Shown here: in pieces, positions 46,653-57,046 of the stretch
How positions within the stretch are numbered: the stretch's first letter is position 1
How the letters are laid out: the number at the start of each line of letters is the position of its first letter
Source: Flavobacteriales bacterium
GTDB lineage: Bacteria; Bacteroidota; Bacteroidia; Flavobacteriales_F; PHOS-HE28
Assembly: GCA_039931265.1 (NCBI GenBank)
Contig: JBDTSG010000001.1
Location: 4,521-68,520, forward strand
Length of the DNA stretch: 64,000 nt
Direction of reading: 5' to 3'
Translations under genes and position numbers: made by a program
The notes under the pieces: generated by a model
Told to the model about the DNA's origin: nothing
What the model saw: the letters and a program-made list of their open reading frames with translations, nothing else
Databases searched by the model: none

Positions 46653-49115
46653 ATGCTGAGCGAGGATATCAGCCAGCGGAACCTCAATTTCGAGAGCTAC
46701 CGCGAGCGCATCACGAACTTCAGCAACGAGTTCGAGCTGGGTCTCTTCATATACATCGTAAAGCGTAGTCTGATCTGGATCGTGCTCTGTATCACGCTGG
46801 CCGGGGCAGCGGCTTACCTCTACTTGCGCTACACAGCGGAAACGTTCGAGAGCCGTGCGCTCCTGCAATTCGAACAGAGCAACACCGCGCAGCAGGTGCT
46901 CAAGGTCACACAGTTCGTTGAGGACCAGAACCTGACCGCCGATGTGGAACTGCTGCACTCGCGCTTCTTCATCCTGCGTGCGCTGAAGCGCCTGCCCATG
47001 CACGTGAGCTACTATTTCAAGGGCAACATCCTCACCAATGAACTTTATACCGCCAGTCCTTTCACAATAGAGGATGTGGAGGTCATCGATGGACGCATTC
47101 TGGACGTTCCGCTGTTCTTTTCCCTGTTGGGCGCCGACAAGGTGGAGATCAGCTACCGGCTGCCGGAGTCGGACCACAAGGAGACGGTTGAAGCACGGAA
47201 CGGCCAGCGCGTCACCACCCCGCACATGGCGTTCAACTTCCGCATGGACGAGGAGCAGGTGCGTGAAAAGCTGGAAGACGATGGTGAACTGTTCATGAAG
47301 GTGAACGACCAGAAGACCTTGGCCGCCAAATACGCGGCACAGGTCTTCGTGCGCATCGTGGACCCGAACGCGAAAACCGTTGAAGTATCGTGCAAGGACC
47401 ATAATGCGACCATTGCACGCGACATGGTGAAGGCGCTGACCGATGAATTCGTGGACTATGATGTGGAACGCCGGCGCGAGAGTTCGGAAAGCATCCTACG
47501 GTTCATCGATTCGCAGAAGGACACCGTTTTCGACCAACTGCGGAACAATGAGTTCTTGATGAAGAAGTTGCAGACCACCGACCGTGTGGCCGACAAGAAC
47601 AACCTGACGGCGATCTATCTGGAGCGCCAGACCGATTACGAGAACAAGATGGCCGAGATGGCCATTGAGGAAAGCCTGCTATCGGAGATCGAGCGGGCCA
47701 CCACGGAAGAGAACGGAGAGGTGGATGTGTACCACTTGGTCCCCTTGCTCGTGGGCACGGAATACGAGCGGACCCTTTCCGGATTGATCACCACGCTGGA
47801 GGCGATGATCAAGGAACGCGATGAAATGGGCAGCGATGCCACCGAAGCGCATGAAGGGTACCAAGGCGTGCAGATGCGCTTGAACATCCAGAAACGGATG
47901 ATCATCGAAAGCATTGCGAACATGCGCAAACGCTTCGCAGCGCGGAAAGACCGCTATGAAGCCCAGTTGGCCGAATTCGAGGCGCAGTTCACCACGCTGC
48001 CCGAAAAGGAACTCGAATACGCGCGCATCACGCGCCTCTTCAACATCAACGAGAAGTATTACACCCAACTGTTGGAGAAGGACATCGAATACCGCATCAG
48101 CCGGGCGGGATTCGTTCCGGACAACCGCACACTGGAGGAGCCGGAGATACCGCGCGCCGCCATTTCCCCGGACCGTAAGCTGGTGTCCGTATCCTACTTG
48201 TCCATCGGTGTGATCTTGGGCCTTTTCGTCGTGCTCATCCGGTATATCCTGCACGACAACATCACTTCGCTCTTCGACATCGCCAAGGGTTCCCAAGCCT
48301 CTATCGGCATACTGGGCATGATCCCGAAGTACAAGAAGGAGATCCCCATCAGCCAACTGCTCGTGGACAAGAACCCGAAGAGCCTCATTGCGGAGAGCTT
48401 CAGGACCGTCCGTACGAACCTGCAGTTCGTGGACAATACGCCCGGGGCCAAGGTGATCGCCATTACCAGTACCATCAGTGGCGAGGGCAAGACTTTCGTT
48501 GCCATCAACTTGGCAGGTATCATCAGCTTCAGTGGCAAGCGGGTCATTGTGCTCGATCTGGACATGCGCAAACCCAAGATCCACCTCGGCTTCGGTGTGG
48601 AGAACGTGCGGGGCATGAGCACACTTCTCATCGGCAAGGACACGCTGGGCAACTGCGTGCAGCACAGTGCGATACCCGGCCTCGATTTCATCACCGCCGG
48701 CCCGATCCCGCCCAACCCTTCGGAACTCATCATCAGCGATGCGATGAACGAACTGCTGGAACAGCTCAAGTCCATGTACGATATCGTGCTCATCGACAAC
48801 CCGCCGGTCGGTCTCGTAACGGACGGCCTGCCGATGATCCAGAAAGCCGATTACCCGATCTACATCTTCCGAGCCGACTACAGTAAAAAGCAGTTCGTGC
48901 AGAACGTGGACCGTATGATCAATGAGAACAAGATCACGCGCATGAGCGCGATCCTCAACGGGGTGGATATCGACCGGAACAAGTACGGCTACAACTACGG
49001 TTACGGCTATGGCTATGGCTATGGCTACGGTTATGGCTATGGTGGTTACTACGAGGACAGGGCGGAACAAGGCAACCGGCTGCCGTTCAACATCGGCAGG
49101 AAGAAGCGGGGATGA
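46653..49115 (+). CDS. wzc: Polysaccharide co-polymerase/tyrosine autokinase (Wzc-like)
   Basis: Two TM segments, ESFRT.RTN, Walker A GEGKT, D.DMRKP, IDNPP and C-terminal Tyr cluster. Confidence 0.94.
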   Translation: MLSEDISQRNLNFESYRERITNFSNEFELGLFIYIVKRSLIWIVLCITLAGAAAYLYLRYTAETFESRALLQFEQSNTAQQVLKVTQFVEDQNLTADVELLHSRFFILRALKRLPMHVSYYFKGNILTNELYTASPFTIEDVEVIDGRILDVPLFFSLLGADKVEISYRLPESDHKETVEARNGQRVTTPHMAFNFRMDEEQVREKLEDDGELFMKVNDQKTLAAKYAAQVFVRIVDPNAKTVEVSCKDHNATIARDMVKALTDEFVDYDVERRRESSESILRFIDSQKDTVFDQLRNNEFLMKKLQTTDRVADKNNLTAIYLERQTDYENKMAEMAIEESLLSEIERATTEENGEVDVYHLVPLLVGTEYERTLSGLITTLEAMIKERDEMGSDATEAHEGYQGVQMRLNIQKRMIIESIANMRKRFAARKDRYEAQLAEFEAQFTTLPEKELEYARITRLFNINEKYYTQLLEKDIEYRISRAGFVPDNRTLEEPEIPRAAISPDRKLVSVSYLSIGVILGLFVVLIRYILHDNITSLFDIAKGSQASIGILGMIPKYKKEIPISQLLVDKNPKSLIAESFRTVRTNLQFVDNTPGAKVIAITSTISGEGKTFVAINLAGIISFSGKRVIVLDLDMRKPKIHLGFGVENVRGMSTLLIGKDTLGNCVQHSAIPGLDFITAGPIPPNPSELIISDAMNELLEQLKSMYDIVLIDNPPVGLVTDGLPMIQKADYPIYIFRADYSKKQFVQNVDRMINENKITRMSAILNGVDIDRNKYGYNYGYGYGYGYGYGYGYGGYYEDRAEQGNRLPFNIGRKKRG
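48984..49052 (+). repeat. Hexamer tandem repeat encoding the (YG)n Tyr cluster
   Basis: tayggy repeats giving YGYNYGYGYGYGYGYGYGYGGYY. Confidence 0.9.
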
Positions 49116-49666
49116 CCACCGAAACCACACCGTTGCCAGGACTGCTCGTGCTGCGGCCACGGGTGTTCCGTGATCCGCGTGGCTGGTTCCTGGAATCGTT
49201 CAATGCACGCGGCTTCGAGGAAGCCACTGGGCTGGACGCATGCTTCGTGCAGGACAATGAGAGCCTTTCCTCAAGCGGGGTTTTGCGCGGCCTGCATTTC
49301 CAAGCACCACCGTTCGCCCAAGGGAAATTGGTGCGCGTGATCAACGGAGCCGTGCTTGATGTATGCCTTGACATCCGCCCGGAAAGCGCGACGTTCGGCA
49401 AGCACTTCGCTTTGCGCTTGGACGGCGAGGAAAAAGTGATGCTGTGGATCCCTGCCGGGTTCGCGCACGGCTTCCGCACCCTGGAGGACGGCACCGTGTT
49501 CAGTTACAAATGCACCGCGTTCTACGAAAAGAGCGCTGAGCGCACCATCCTTTGGAACGATCCCGCACTGGGCATTGATTGGGGAATCGAGGAGCCCATC
49601 CTCAGTGAAAAAGACCGCAACGGCGCTCCCTTCGTGGATCTGGCCCGTCTTGTAAAGGCGAAGTGA
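49112..49666 (+). CDS. rfbC: dTDP-4-dehydrorhamnose 3,5-epimerase
   Basis: D.RG.F.E, FVQDN.S.S, LRGLHFQ, Q.KLV, GFAHGF, YK and ILSEKD motifs. Confidence 0.96.
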   Translation: MTTETTPLPGLLVLRPRVFRDPRGWFLESFNARGFEEATGLDACFVQDNESLSSSGVLRGLHFQAPPFAQGKLVRVINGAVLDVCLDIRPESATFGKHFALRLDGEEKVMLWIPAGFAHGFRTLEDGTVFSYKCTAFYEKSAERTILWNDPALGIDWGIEEPILSEKDRNGAPFVDLARLVKAK

Positions 49667-49669
49667 AAC

Positions 49670-50749
49670 ATGTACAGCGGCAGCCAGCTCTTCCTCATCC
49701 TCGCCGGGCTCTTCTTCGCGGCGTTGGCCTTCAGCCTGCTGGTGAATTCAGTGTTCATGCGCTTCGCCACCACGCTCGGCTTGCGCGAGACGAAAGTGCA
49801 ACCCACACGCTGGAGCAACGCCAGTAAACCGGCCTTCGGGGGCATCGGTTTCTTCATTGTGTTCCTTGGTGCTTTCTCCTTCTACAGTGCTTTGTTCCCG
49901 GGGCACGGCGGCCCGTTGCAGCCGGAACTGCTCGGCCTGTTGGCCGCCACCGCCCTGGGCTTTCTCATGGGCTTGGCCGACGACGCCTACAATACCCGCC
50001 CGCTGCTGAAATTCGGTGTGCAAGTGGCCTGCGGCGTGATCCTCATCGCGTCAGGTTCATGCATACAGGCCTTCGATACACCATGGGCCAACTGGTTGCT
50101 GACGATCATCTGGACCGTGGGCATGATGAACAGCATCAACATGCTGGACAACATGGATGCGATCACCACCACCGTGAGCCTGTTCATCGTGGCGAGCGCG
50201 ATCATGGTGCTGCATTTCCAACAGCGCGACGAGAGCGTCCACATGGTGATCTGCGTCGGCGTGATGGCCAGCCTGTGCGGTTTCCTCTTCTTCAACTGGA
50301 ACCCGAGCCGCATGTTCATGGGCGATACCGGAAGCCAGTTCCTCGGTGTGTTCCTTGCATGGATCGGGGTGCAGTGTTTCTGGAACGCCGATCCCGCCGC
50401 CATCCACCACGATTCTTTACGCCAAGCCTTCGCCGCCTTGATCGCCTTCTTGCTGCCCATCGTGGACACCACCACCGTAAGCATCAACCGCATCGCACGC
50501 GGTTCCTCGCCCTTCGTTGGTGGGAAGGATCACACTACGCACCATTTGGGCTACGCCGGGCTGAGCGATGCACAAGTGGCCATGGTCTTTGCGGGACTTT
50601 CCGCGGTGAACCTCCTCCTCGGTTTCGTCATTCTCCGTTTCATCGATGTGTGGAAGCCCGCACATAGCGCGATCTTTGCTGCCTATGCGATCATCGTCTT
50701 CCTCACGTTGTTCATACTGACACGCCGCACCCGACCAACCGCCGAATGA
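49670..50749 (+). CDS. WecA/MraY-family undecaprenyl-phosphate sugar-1-phosphate transferase
   Basis: G..DD, NSINMLDNMD, FNWNP...FMGD.G and DHT.H.L motifs; multi-TM. Confidence 0.9.
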   Translation: MYSGSQLFLILAGLFFAALAFSLLVNSVFMRFATTLGLRETKVQPTRWSNASKPAFGGIGFFIVFLGAFSFYSALFPGHGGPLQPELLGLLAATALGFLMGLADDAYNTRPLLKFGVQVACGVILIASGSCIQAFDTPWANWLLTIIWTVGMMNSINMLDNMDAITTTVSLFIVASAIMVLHFQQRDESVHMVICVGVMASLCGFLFFNWNPSRMFMGDTGSQFLGVFLAWIGVQCFWNADPAAIHHDSLRQAFAALIAFLLPIVDTTTVSINRIARGSSPFVGGKDHTTHHLGYAGLSDAQVAMVFAGLSAVNLLLGFVILRFIDVWKPAHSAIFAAYAIIVFLTLFILTRRTRPTAE

Positions 50750-51705
50750 GCACCCCTGCACGCATCGCCATGAAGAGCACCACCATGTTGGTCGTGCTGC
50801 TCTGCAGTGCATTGGCGGTGCACCTGCTCGCCTACAGTACCACGGCGAAGCTTACTGACGACGACCAACGCAGGCTGTTCAACGACAACTACAAGATCTT
50901 CTCCCTCACCCTGCCCGAGGGCATCGATTTCTGTGGTGAAGCGGTGCCCCTGCAATTGCTCGATGTGCGCGAACGGTTGGACCGCGAACTGCTCGTGAAC
51001 ACCTACTGGCAGAGCAATAGCCTGCTTGCGCACAAGCGCGCCACGCGTTGGTTCCCGGTCATTGAAGCCGTGCTGGCCCGTGAAGGTGTGCCCGATGACA
51101 TGAAGTACTTGGCCATGATCGAGAGCGGGCTCACCAACGCCGTTTCGCCCATGGGTGCCACGGGGTATTGGCAGTTCATGAAGGAAACAGCGCCGAAGTA
51201 CGGGCTGGAGGTGAACGGCGAAGTGGATGAGCGGTACAATGTCGTGAAGAGCACCGAAGCAGCGTGCAAGTACTTGAAGGATGCTTATGCGACCTATGGC
51301 TCGTGGAGCATGGCGGCCGCCAGCTACAACTTGGGCCCGGGTGGGCTCGACAAACAAATAGGAAGACAGAAGACCTCGGATTACTATTCCTTGCTGCTTC
51401 CGGAGGAAACGTCGCGCTACCTCTTCCGCATGCTGGCCGCAAAGGAGATAATCCGCGACCCGGCGCGTTACGGATTCCACTTGCGCAAGAAGGACCTCTA
51501 CCAACCTTACCGCACACGCAGCCTTACCGTGACGGGTGCGATCGAGGATCTGGCCGACCTGGCCATACGCCAGGGTACGGACTACAAGACATTGAAGTTG
51601 TTGAACCCTTGGCTGCGCGATGTGAAACTGACCAACGTGAAGGGAAAAACCTATGAACTCCTTCTCCCAGCGGAGGATTTCAATACTGCGGTGGAGGACG
51701 AGTGA
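50746..51705 (+). CDS. Lytic transglycosylase (SLT/MltD-like)
   Basis: YLA.IES, A.G.WQFM, DERY, AAASYN.G and ET.RY motifs; alternative start at 50770. Confidence 0.92.
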   Translation: MSTPARIAMKSTTMLVVLLCSALAVHLLAYSTTAKLTDDDQRRLFNDNYKIFSLTLPEGIDFCGEAVPLQLLDVRERLDRELLVNTYWQSNSLLAHKRATRWFPVIEAVLAREGVPDDMKYLAMIESGLTNAVSPMGATGYWQFMKETAPKYGLEVNGEVDERYNVVKSTEAACKYLKDAYATYGSWSMAAASYNLGPGGLDKQIGRQKTSDYYSLLLPEETSRYLFRMLAAKEIIRDPARYGFHLRKKDLYQPYRTRSLTVTGAIEDLADLAIRQGTDYKTLKLLNPWLRDVKLTNVKGKTYELLLPAEDFNTAVEDE

Positions 51706-54569
51706 GCAAGACCAGGAACGTTGTGCGGAAGCCGGCTTCGAACGGCACCCACCCACTTATCGAGCAGGAGTACATCGAGGTTCTGGGCGCGCGCGTTCAC
51801 AACCTCAAGAACATCGATGTGCGCATCCCACGCGACAAGCTCACCGTTATTACGGGGCTGAGCGGGAGCGGCAAGAGCAGTCTCGCCTTCGATACGCTGC
51901 ATGCCGAAGGCCAGCGCCGTTACATCGAAACGTTCAACGCATACGCACGACAGTTCCTCGGTGGCATAGAACGCCCCGATGTGGACCTGATCACCGGTCT
52001 CAGCCCCGTGATCGCCATTGAGCAGAAGACCATCAGCCGCAACCCGCGCAGTACCGTGGGCACGATCACCGAGATCTACGACCTGTTGCGGCTCCTCTAC
52101 GCCCGCGTTGGGGAGGCTTACAGCTATATGACCGGTGAACGCATGGTGCGGTACAACGATGGCCAGATCGTGGACCTGATCATGCGGGAGCACAACGGCC
52201 ACGATGTGCAGATCCTCGCACCGCTGATACGGGGCCGCAAGGGCCACTACCGCGAGTTGTTCGAACAGTTGTTGCGACAGGGATTCCTGAAAGCCCGCGT
52301 GGATGGCGCCGTTGTGGACCTCACTACGCGCCCGCGTTTGGACAGGTACAAAGTCCACGACATTGAACTGGTGGTTGACCGCATGCGCGTGAAGGAGGAT
52401 GTGCGGAAGCGGATCGCCGAGAGCTGCAACACGGCGTTGAAATACGGCAAGGGCAACTTGATGGTGCTTGATACCGTGGCTGGAAATGCCCGCTACTTGA
52501 GCAGGCACTTGATGTGCCCGACGAGCGGCATCGCATACGAAGAGCCGGAACCGAACCTCTTCAGCTTCAATAGCCCCTATGGTGCATGCCCGCGGTGCAG
52601 CGGGTTGGGACAGGTAACGGCGGTGGCCTTGGACAGGATCGTGCCCGACCGGCGCAAGAGCGTGCGCAAAGGCGCCATCGTGCCGCTGGGTGCATACAAG
52701 ACGACATGGGTGTTCAAGCAGGTGGAAGCCGTGTTGAGCGGCTTCGGCCACGACCTGGATACGCCGATGGAAGAAATGGACGATGCCGTGCTTGCGGCAT
52801 TGCTCAATGGGATGGACGAACCGCTGCGCGTGAGCAGCAATGTCGGACTGAGCGATCGCACCGTGCAATTCGAGGGCATCATTCCGTACATCCTGGAGCA
52901 GGCTGAAGAAGGACCGAAGACCGCGCAGAAGTGGGCCGAGGGGTTCACGCACATGATCGCTTGTCCGGAATGCAATGGCGCCCGTTTGAAGAAGACCGCG
53001 TTGTACTTCCGTATAGCCGACAAGAACATCAGCGAAGTAGCGCAGTTGAGCATCACCGCCTTGCACGCGCACTTCAAGGACCTTGGCAAGGGCTTGAAAG
53101 GCAACTCAGCCGTGATCGCCCACGACATACTGAAAGAAGTGACGGCCCGCAGCGGTTTCCTCTTGGACGTAGGACTCGACTACTTGACGCTGGACCGGAG
53201 CGCACGGACGCTCAGCGGCGGCGAAGCGCAACGCATTCGACTGGCCACGCAGATCGGCGCGCAACTCACGGGTGTCCTTTATATACTCGATGAGCCGAGC
53301 ATCGGTCTTCACCAGCGCGACAACAAAAGGCTGATCAATAGCCTGCGGCAACTGCGCGATGGTGGTAATACCGTAATCGTCGTGGAGCACGACAAGGAGA
53401 TGATGCTGAGCAGCGATCACGTCATCGACCTCGGACCGGGTGCGGGCGAGCATGGTGGCCGCTTGGTGGCCCAAGGCGCTCCGCACGAACTGCTCGCCGA
53501 CGACAGCGAGACCGCGCAATACCTCCGTGGGGAGAAGACCGTGCCCGTGCCAAAGCACCGCCGGCCCGGCAACGGCAAACGTTTGTGCCTGCGGGGCGCC
53601 ACCGGCAACAACCTCAAGAACGTGGAGATCGATCTGCCTCTTGGCAAGTTCATCTGCATCACGGGAGTGAGCGGCAGTGGCAAGAGCTCCCTCATCGGCG
53701 ATACACTCTACCCGATCCTCAGCAAACACTTCTATCGGAGCGACACGAAGCCTTTGGCCTACAAGAAGATCGAAGGGTTGGAACACATCGACAAGGTGAT
53801 CGAGGTGGATCAGAGCCCCATTGGCCGGAGCCCACGCAGCAACCCCGCCACATACGTCGGGCTGTTCGATCACATACGTGCGCTCTTCGCGGGCCTGCCC
53901 AGCGCCAAGGTGCGGGGGTACAAGAACGGCCGCTTCAGTTTCAACACGCCGGGTGGGCGCTGCGAAACGTGCAAGGGCGCGGGAGTGCGCACCATCGGCA
54001 TGAATTTCCTGCCCGATGTACATGTTCCTTGCGAGACCTGTCGTGGCAAGCGCTACGACCGAGAGACGCTCGAGGTGCGCTTCAAGGGAAAGAGCATCAG
54101 CGATGTTCTGGACATGAGCGTGGAAGATGCGAATGCCCTGTTCGCCGACGTGCCGCACATCGCAGTGAAGCTGCGCACATTGCTGGATGTTGGCCTCTCC
54201 TACCTGCGCCTCGGCCAGAGCAGCACCACGCTCAGTGGCGGTGAAGCACAGCGCATCAAGTTGGCCACCGAACTGAGCAAGCGCGACACCGGCAACACCT
54301 TTTACATCCTGGACGAGCCCACCACCGGCCTGCATTTCGAAGACGTGCGCCAATTGATCGCGGTCCTGGATCGCCTCACCGATCACGGGAACACGGTGCT
54401 GGTGATCGAACACAACCTCGACATCATTAAAACGGCCGACCATGTGATCGACATGGGACCCGAGGGTGGCGATGGTGGCGGGCGCATTACTGCGCGTGGG
54501 ACACCGGAGGAAGTCGCGCGCATGGGCAAAGGACATACGGCAGCATATCTGGAGAGCGAACTGGCATGA
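51702..54569 (+). CDS. uvrA: Excinuclease ABC subunit A
   Basis: Two ABC modules (GLSGSGKSS, GVSGSGKSS, LSGGEAQR twice) and CxxC zinc fingers. Confidence 0.98.
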   Translation: MSKTRNVVRKPASNGTHPLIEQEYIEVLGARVHNLKNIDVRIPRDKLTVITGLSGSGKSSLAFDTLHAEGQRRYIETFNAYARQFLGGIERPDVDLITGLSPVIAIEQKTISRNPRSTVGTITEIYDLLRLLYARVGEAYSYMTGERMVRYNDGQIVDLIMREHNGHDVQILAPLIRGRKGHYRELFEQLLRQGFLKARVDGAVVDLTTRPRLDRYKVHDIELVVDRMRVKEDVRKRIAESCNTALKYGKGNLMVLDTVAGNARYLSRHLMCPTSGIAYEEPEPNLFSFNSPYGACPRCSGLGQVTAVALDRIVPDRRKSVRKGAIVPLGAYKTTWVFKQVEAVLSGFGHDLDTPMEEMDDAVLAALLNGMDEPLRVSSNVGLSDRTVQFEGIIPYILEQAEEGPKTAQKWAEGFTHMIACPECNGARLKKTALYFRIADKNISEVAQLSITALHAHFKDLGKGLKGNSAVIAHDILKEVTARSGFLLDVGLDYLTLDRSARTLSGGEAQRIRLATQIGAQLTGVLYILDEPSIGLHQRDNKRLINSLRQLRDGGNTVIVVEHDKEMMLSSDHVIDLGPGAGEHGGRLVAQGAPHELLADDSETAQYLRGEKTVPVPKHRRPGNGKRLCLRGATGNNLKNVEIDLPLGKFICITGVSGSGKSSLIGDTLYPILSKHFYRSDTKPLAYKKIEGLEHIDKVIEVDQSPIGRSPRSNPATYVGLFDHIRALFAGLPSAKVRGYKNGRFSFNTPGGRCETCKGAGVRTIGMNFLPDVHVPCETCRGKRYDRETLEVRFKGKSISDVLDMSVEDANALFADVPHIAVKLRTLLDVGLSYLRLGQSSTTLSGGEAQRIKLATELSKRDTGNTFYILDEPTTGLHFEDVRQLIAVLDRLTDHGNTVLVIEHNLDIIKTADHVIDMGPEGGDGGGRITARGTPEEVARMGKGHTAAYLESELA

Positions 54570-54720
54570 GCGGTTGTTGATCATCCGCTGTCAGTGAAAA
54601 ACGACCTCGACCGCTCGTTTCCTGTTCATACAACCGCTTCTTTCGCAACTGCGGTGCATACGGCAAGTGATCGCTCAACGGCGCGAAGACCACCAGCACC
54701 ACACTCCATTAACTCACATC

Positions 54721-55470
54721 ATGGCCAAGACCAACAAGCCACAAGGCGCCCCTGCGATCATCGACGCGAGCGAACAACGTATCAAAAAGGCTTTCAAGCG
54801 CAAGGGCTGGAGCGAAGTGAAGGCCAACGACAGCTGGGCGATCTTCAAGATCATGAGCGAGTTCGTGGAGGGGTTCGAAGCGATGCAGCGCATCCGTCCG
54901 TGCGTAACGGTGTTCGGTAGTGCGCGCACGGCGGCGGACAAGAACGAATACCTGCTGGCGGAAGAGATCGGTTTCCTCCTCACAAAGCGGGGGTACGGGG
55001 TCATTACCGGAGGCGGACCCGGGATCATGGAAGCCGCTAACAAAGGGGCCCAGCGCGGTGGCGGCACCAGCGTGGGGCTCAACATCGATCTACCCTTCGA
55101 GCAACAGCCCAATCCGTACATCGACAAGGAGAAGAGCATCAACTTCGATTACTTCTTCGTGCGCAAGGTGATGTTCATCAAGTACAGCCAAGGCTTCATC
55201 GTGATGCCCGGTGGCTTCGGTACGCTCGACGAACTCTTCGAAGCGCTCACACTTATACAAACCCAGAAGATCGCGCGCTTCCCGATCATCCTCGTCGGTG
55301 GTAAGTACTGGCAAGGCTTGTTGGATTGGGTCAAGCAGACCATGGGCGAGAAACACCACAACATCAATCCGGCCGACCTCGATCTCATCAGCGTGGTGGA
55401 CAGTGCCACCCAAGCGGTCGATGCCATCGACAAGTTCTACAGCAAGTACATGCTGCGCCCGAATTTCTAG
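54721..55470 (+). CDS. LOG family protein (TIGR00730-like Rossmann fold)
   Basis: VFGSAR, TGGGPGIMEA, FF.RK.MF and PGGFGTLDE motifs. Confidence 0.94.
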   Translation: MAKTNKPQGAPAIIDASEQRIKKAFKRKGWSEVKANDSWAIFKIMSEFVEGFEAMQRIRPCVTVFGSARTAADKNEYLLAEEIGFLLTKRGYGVITGGGPGIMEAANKGAQRGGGTSVGLNIDLPFEQQPNPYIDKEKSINFDYFFVRKVMFIKYSQGFIVMPGGFGTLDELFEALTLIQTQKIARFPIILVGGKYWQGLLDWVKQTMGEKHHNINPADLDLISVVDSATQAVDAIDKFYSKYMLRPNF

Positions 55471-55606
55471 GCGGCGATCGGTGCCGCGCACCATCAACAC
55501 CACCCTGTTCGCACTACACCTGTAAGCCGCCCCGATCACGGGTTGGGGCGCGGATAGTTTCGTGGCCAACGTTCACGCGCGTGAAACGGCACGAATCCAT
55601 CGCCCC

Positions 55607-57016
55607 ATGAGCAATTTTCTAGTACTCGTCAATTTGATCGGCCTCTTTTTCATGGAGGTGTTCTTCCAGAGCGGCATCAGCATTACGCACGATGCACCGG
55701 CCAACATGGCCCCGGGCAGTCAGGTGAAGGTCACCGTGACGGTTGAGAAGGGCGCCATGGGCGGCTTCGCCAAGTTGCAGATCGATCTTCCCGAAGGCCT
55801 GACGGCCACCGTTGTCGACAGCAAGGGCGCTTCGTTCACCTTCGACGACCAGAAAGCCAAGTTCATTTGGATGAGCCTTCCCACCTCTCCTTCCTTCAAA
55901 GTGAGCTACACACTGTCGGCGTCCGCCACGGTCAGCGGAAAACTTCCGATCAGCGGCCGCTTCAGCTACATCGAGGACAATGAGCGCAAAACCCACGAGT
56001 TGCCCCCGACCGTGATCGATCTTGGTGGTGCGGTGGCCGCCGCCCCGGTCGCCACGGAACCAGAACCCGTGGCAACAGAGCCCGTGGCACAGGAACCGGT
56101 TACCGAAGACACGAATGCACAAGCCACGACCGCGCCCATGGTTACTGCACCGGTGGTTGAGGAGCCATCCCCTGCGATCGCTGCCGAGCAGGGAGCCGGC
56201 AACGTGAGCGCGATCCGCACCATCACCATGGTGAGCGAGACCGAGCTGTTGGTGGAAGTGATGGTGAACAAGGGCAACATCAGGGGATTCGGCAAACTGC
56301 AAGAGACCCTGCCGGTCGGTTTTTCCGCCATCGAGAAGAACAGCGCTACCGCCATTTTCACGGCACAGGACCGCATTGCCAAGTTCGTGTGGCTGAACCT
56401 GCCCGCCAGCAACGAGGTGAAGATCACTTACAAGTTGGTAAGCAAGACCGCCCAACCGGGTGAGCACACGGTGAACGGCGAATTCGGATACCTGCTGAAC
56501 GATGAGACGCAACGCGCGGTGCTCGGCAGTACCACCTTCAGCACCGGCGCCGAGGCTTGGGCGGCTTTCCAAAAAGCGCAGCAGAGCGCGGAACAGGAAG
56601 CCATCGTGATCAACGAGCCGGCCAAGAACCCGGAAGTCCCTCCGACTTCCACCGGATCAACGGACGCTACGGCCCAGAGGCCCAACGGCGAGACCCAACG
56701 TGCCAACCGCATTCCCACGCCTGAAACAGGGGTCACCTACAAAGTGCAGATCACAGCGGCACACCGCGAAGTGGGTTCGGACTACTTCCAAGCCCGCCAC
56801 CACTTCAGCGGCCAGTTCGGCATCGAACGCCACGAGGGCTGGATCAAGTACACCACCGGCCGCTATGCCGCCTACAAGGAAGCGCGCGACCAGCGGCAGG
56901 CGTACGTTTCGGCAGGGCATGCTTTTCCCGGACCTTTCGTTACGGCATACAACAACGGCGAGCGTATCACCGTGCAGGAGGCCCTGATGATATCCCAGCA
57001 GCGCTGGGTACAGTGA
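55607..57016 (+). CDS. Exported protein with duplicated beta-sandwich-like domain and C-terminal SPOR-like domain
   Basis: N-terminal hydrophobic segment; two copies of K...GF.KLQ..LP.G...AKF.W..LP; C-terminal YKVQI...KYT.G...FVTAY.NG.RI. Confidence 0.7.
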   Translation: MSNFLVLVNLIGLFFMEVFFQSGISITHDAPANMAPGSQVKVTVTVEKGAMGGFAKLQIDLPEGLTATVVDSKGASFTFDDQKAKFIWMSLPTSPSFKVSYTLSASATVSGKLPISGRFSYIEDNERKTHELPPTVIDLGGAVAAAPVATEPEPVATEPVAQEPVTEDTNAQATTAPMVTAPVVEEPSPAIAAEQGAGNVSAIRTITMVSETELLVEVMVNKGNIRGFGKLQETLPVGFSAIEKNSATAIFTAQDRIAKFVWLNLPASNEVKITYKLVSKTAQPGEHTVNGEFGYLLNDETQRAVLGSTTFSTGAEAWAAFQKAQQSAEQEAIVINEPAKNPEVPPTSTGSTDATAQRPNGETQRANRIPTPETGVTYKVQITAAHREVGSDYFQARHHFSGQFGIERHEGWIKYTTGRYAAYKEARDQRQAYVSAGHAFPGPFVTAYNNGERITVQEALMISQQRWVQ

Positions 57017-57046
57017 TCGGTCGGAGCCGGCGGTTATCTTTCGAGC

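Noticed and set aside
48984-49052. Hexamer repeat as a phase-variation tract
   Set aside because: It is in frame, has mixed synonymous codons and encodes the expected BY-kinase tyrosine cluster.
42619-50749. Polysaccharide locus lacking wzx/wzy as a novel pathway
   Set aside because: Split polysaccharide loci are common and the missing genes may lie outside the window.
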